From Macrostomum lignano (Eukaryota), in the NCBI GenBank assembly GCA_002269645.1, contig NIVC01001855.1:165726-229725 (forward strand): a stretch of DNA of 64,000 bases. Reading direction: 5' to 3'. The position numbers were made by a program, and so were the translations under genes. A model generated the notes under the pieces. That model did not search any database. It was not told where the DNA came from and saw nothing but the letters and a program-made list of their open reading frames with translations. Shown one piece after another: positions 62,670 through 64,000 of the stretch (position 1 is its first letter; each line of letters starts with the position of its first letter).

Positions 62670-62881
62670 ACGCAGCCTTTTCATGCGCCGACGAATCCAC
62701 CTGCGCCGGCTTGTCTGCATCGGCGAAGACCACCTGCTGCGCCAGTTCCAGCGGACGCAAGCGGTGCCCGAAATTGTGCGGAATTTGCAAAGAAGGAGCT
62801 CCTAACACCAGGAAGAAATCGACAACTTATCAGCCCGAAAACAAGGACAAAATAATTGCCAGGGTGGTGTCGAATACCTAA
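62670..62881 (+). CDS. CAP + ShKT protein exon 3 (ShKT-like domain and tail)
   Basis: Acceptor TTACCAG|AC, phase 1; CADESTC...CC...CPKLCGIC pattern; TAA at 62879. Total 1191 nt = 396 aa. Confidence 0.82.
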
Positions 62882-63293
62882 TTGCAGACCTGTATCTTAG
62901 ACAGTAAAATAACAGACTCAAATTGACAGACAAAAGACAGCAGTAATCCCGTTAGTTAACACTTCCTAATGTCATAATTAAACTGCGCGACCTCACACTG
63001 ACATGGTTTCGGTACCATACGAATATACCAATCTACGAGTCGTATGACCCAAGCATAACTATCCGATCTGTGCATATCTTTATCAACTAAAAGGTGTGCC
63101 ATGTAGGTTTATAGATCGAAGAATAAAAATTTTAGCGCGCTTTGATGTATATCTATGTAACGTGTTCAAGGACTACTCAAGTAGAAGGACGATTGGAAAA
63201 TTTTAGAAGACAGTTTGCAGCTTTATGAATATAAATATAGCTATAAGAAAGCCAAGAAGTATCAAAATATGAACACTGGGTCTCCCTTTCTTC

Positions 63294-63338
63294 CAGGGCG
63301 TAGCCAGGAATATTGATTGGGGGGGGGGGCGTGAGTTA
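63294..63338 (+). mobile_element. Possible hAT-like transposon left end leading into the terminal satellite
   Basis: CAGGGCGTAGCCAGG followed by a G-run resembles non-autonomous hAT-type termini (from memory); the element is truncated by the window end. Confidence 0.4.
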
Positions 63339-64000
63339 GGGGGCGCCAGTTTCTTATAGTGGGGGGGGGGCGCCAGTTTCTTATAGTGGGGGGGCGCCAG
63401 TTTCTTATAGTGGGGGGGCGCCAGTTTCTTATAGTGGGGGGCGCCAGTTTCTTATAGTGGGGGGGCGCCAGTTTCTTATAGTGGGGGGGGGCGCCAGTTT
63501 CTTATAGTGGGGGGGGCGCCAGTTTCTTATAGTGGGGGGGGCGCCAGTTTCTTATAGTGGGGCGGGGGCGCCAGTTTCTTATAGTGGGGGGGCGCCAGTT
63601 TCTTATAGTGGGGGGGCGCCAGTTTCTTATAGTGGGGGGGGCGCCAGTTTCTTATAGTGGGGGGGGCGCCAGTTTCTTATAGTGGGGGGGCGCCAGTTTC
63701 TTATAGTGGGCGCCAGTTTCTTATAGTGGGGGGGGCGCCAGTTTCTTATAGTGGGGGGGCGCCAGTTTCTTATAGTGGGGGGGGGCGCCAGTTTCTTATA
63801 GTGGGGGGGGCGCCAGTTTCTTATAGTGGGGGGGCGCCAGTTTCTTATAGTGGGGGGGGGCGCCAGTTTCTTTTAGTGGGGGGGGGCGCCAGTTTCTTTT
63901 TAGTGGGGGGGGCGCCAGTTTCTTTTAGTGGGGGGGGCGCCAGTTTCTTTATAGTCGGGGGCGCCAGTTTCTTTTTAGTGGGGGGGGGCGCCAGTTTCTT
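63339..64000. repeat. ~24-bp minisatellite (GnCGCCAGTTTCTTATAGT) with variable G-run
   Basis: About 27 copies running to the window end. Confidence 0.96.

Overview
Eukaryotic (animal) genomic DNA. GC-rich, Ala/Gln-rich exons sit among about 30 different micro- and minisatellite arrays (roughly 25 kb, ~40% of the window by hand tally). This style suggests a flatworm such as Macrostomum (inference only). Most long ORFs in the supplied track are artefacts of tandem repeats. Genes reconstructed by hand with phase-consistent GT-AG splicing: an intronless ependymin-related secreted protein (-); a 5-exon, 7-cadherin-repeat delta-type protocadherin (+, 1160 aa); a 5-exon HAUS1/augmin-like coiled-coil gene (-, 239 aa) not visible in the ORF track; intronless COX11 (-); two unknown genes (+); an 8-finger C2H2/C2HC zinc-finger gene (-); and a 3-exon secreted CAP+ShKT protein (+, 396 aa). 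Also present are two tRNA-derived SINE families (one with a CORE/MIR-like domain), a MITE-like element, two hAT-like ends and a decayed 28S rRNA fragment. There is no CRISPR array and I found no clearly new enzymatic system. The best leads concern RNA processing: a candidate trans-spliced COX11-HAUS1 operon, a satellite that has quadruplicated a protocadherin splice acceptor, and a satellite made of ~30 perfect splice-donor motifs. Similarities to known families come from memory and need database confirmation.
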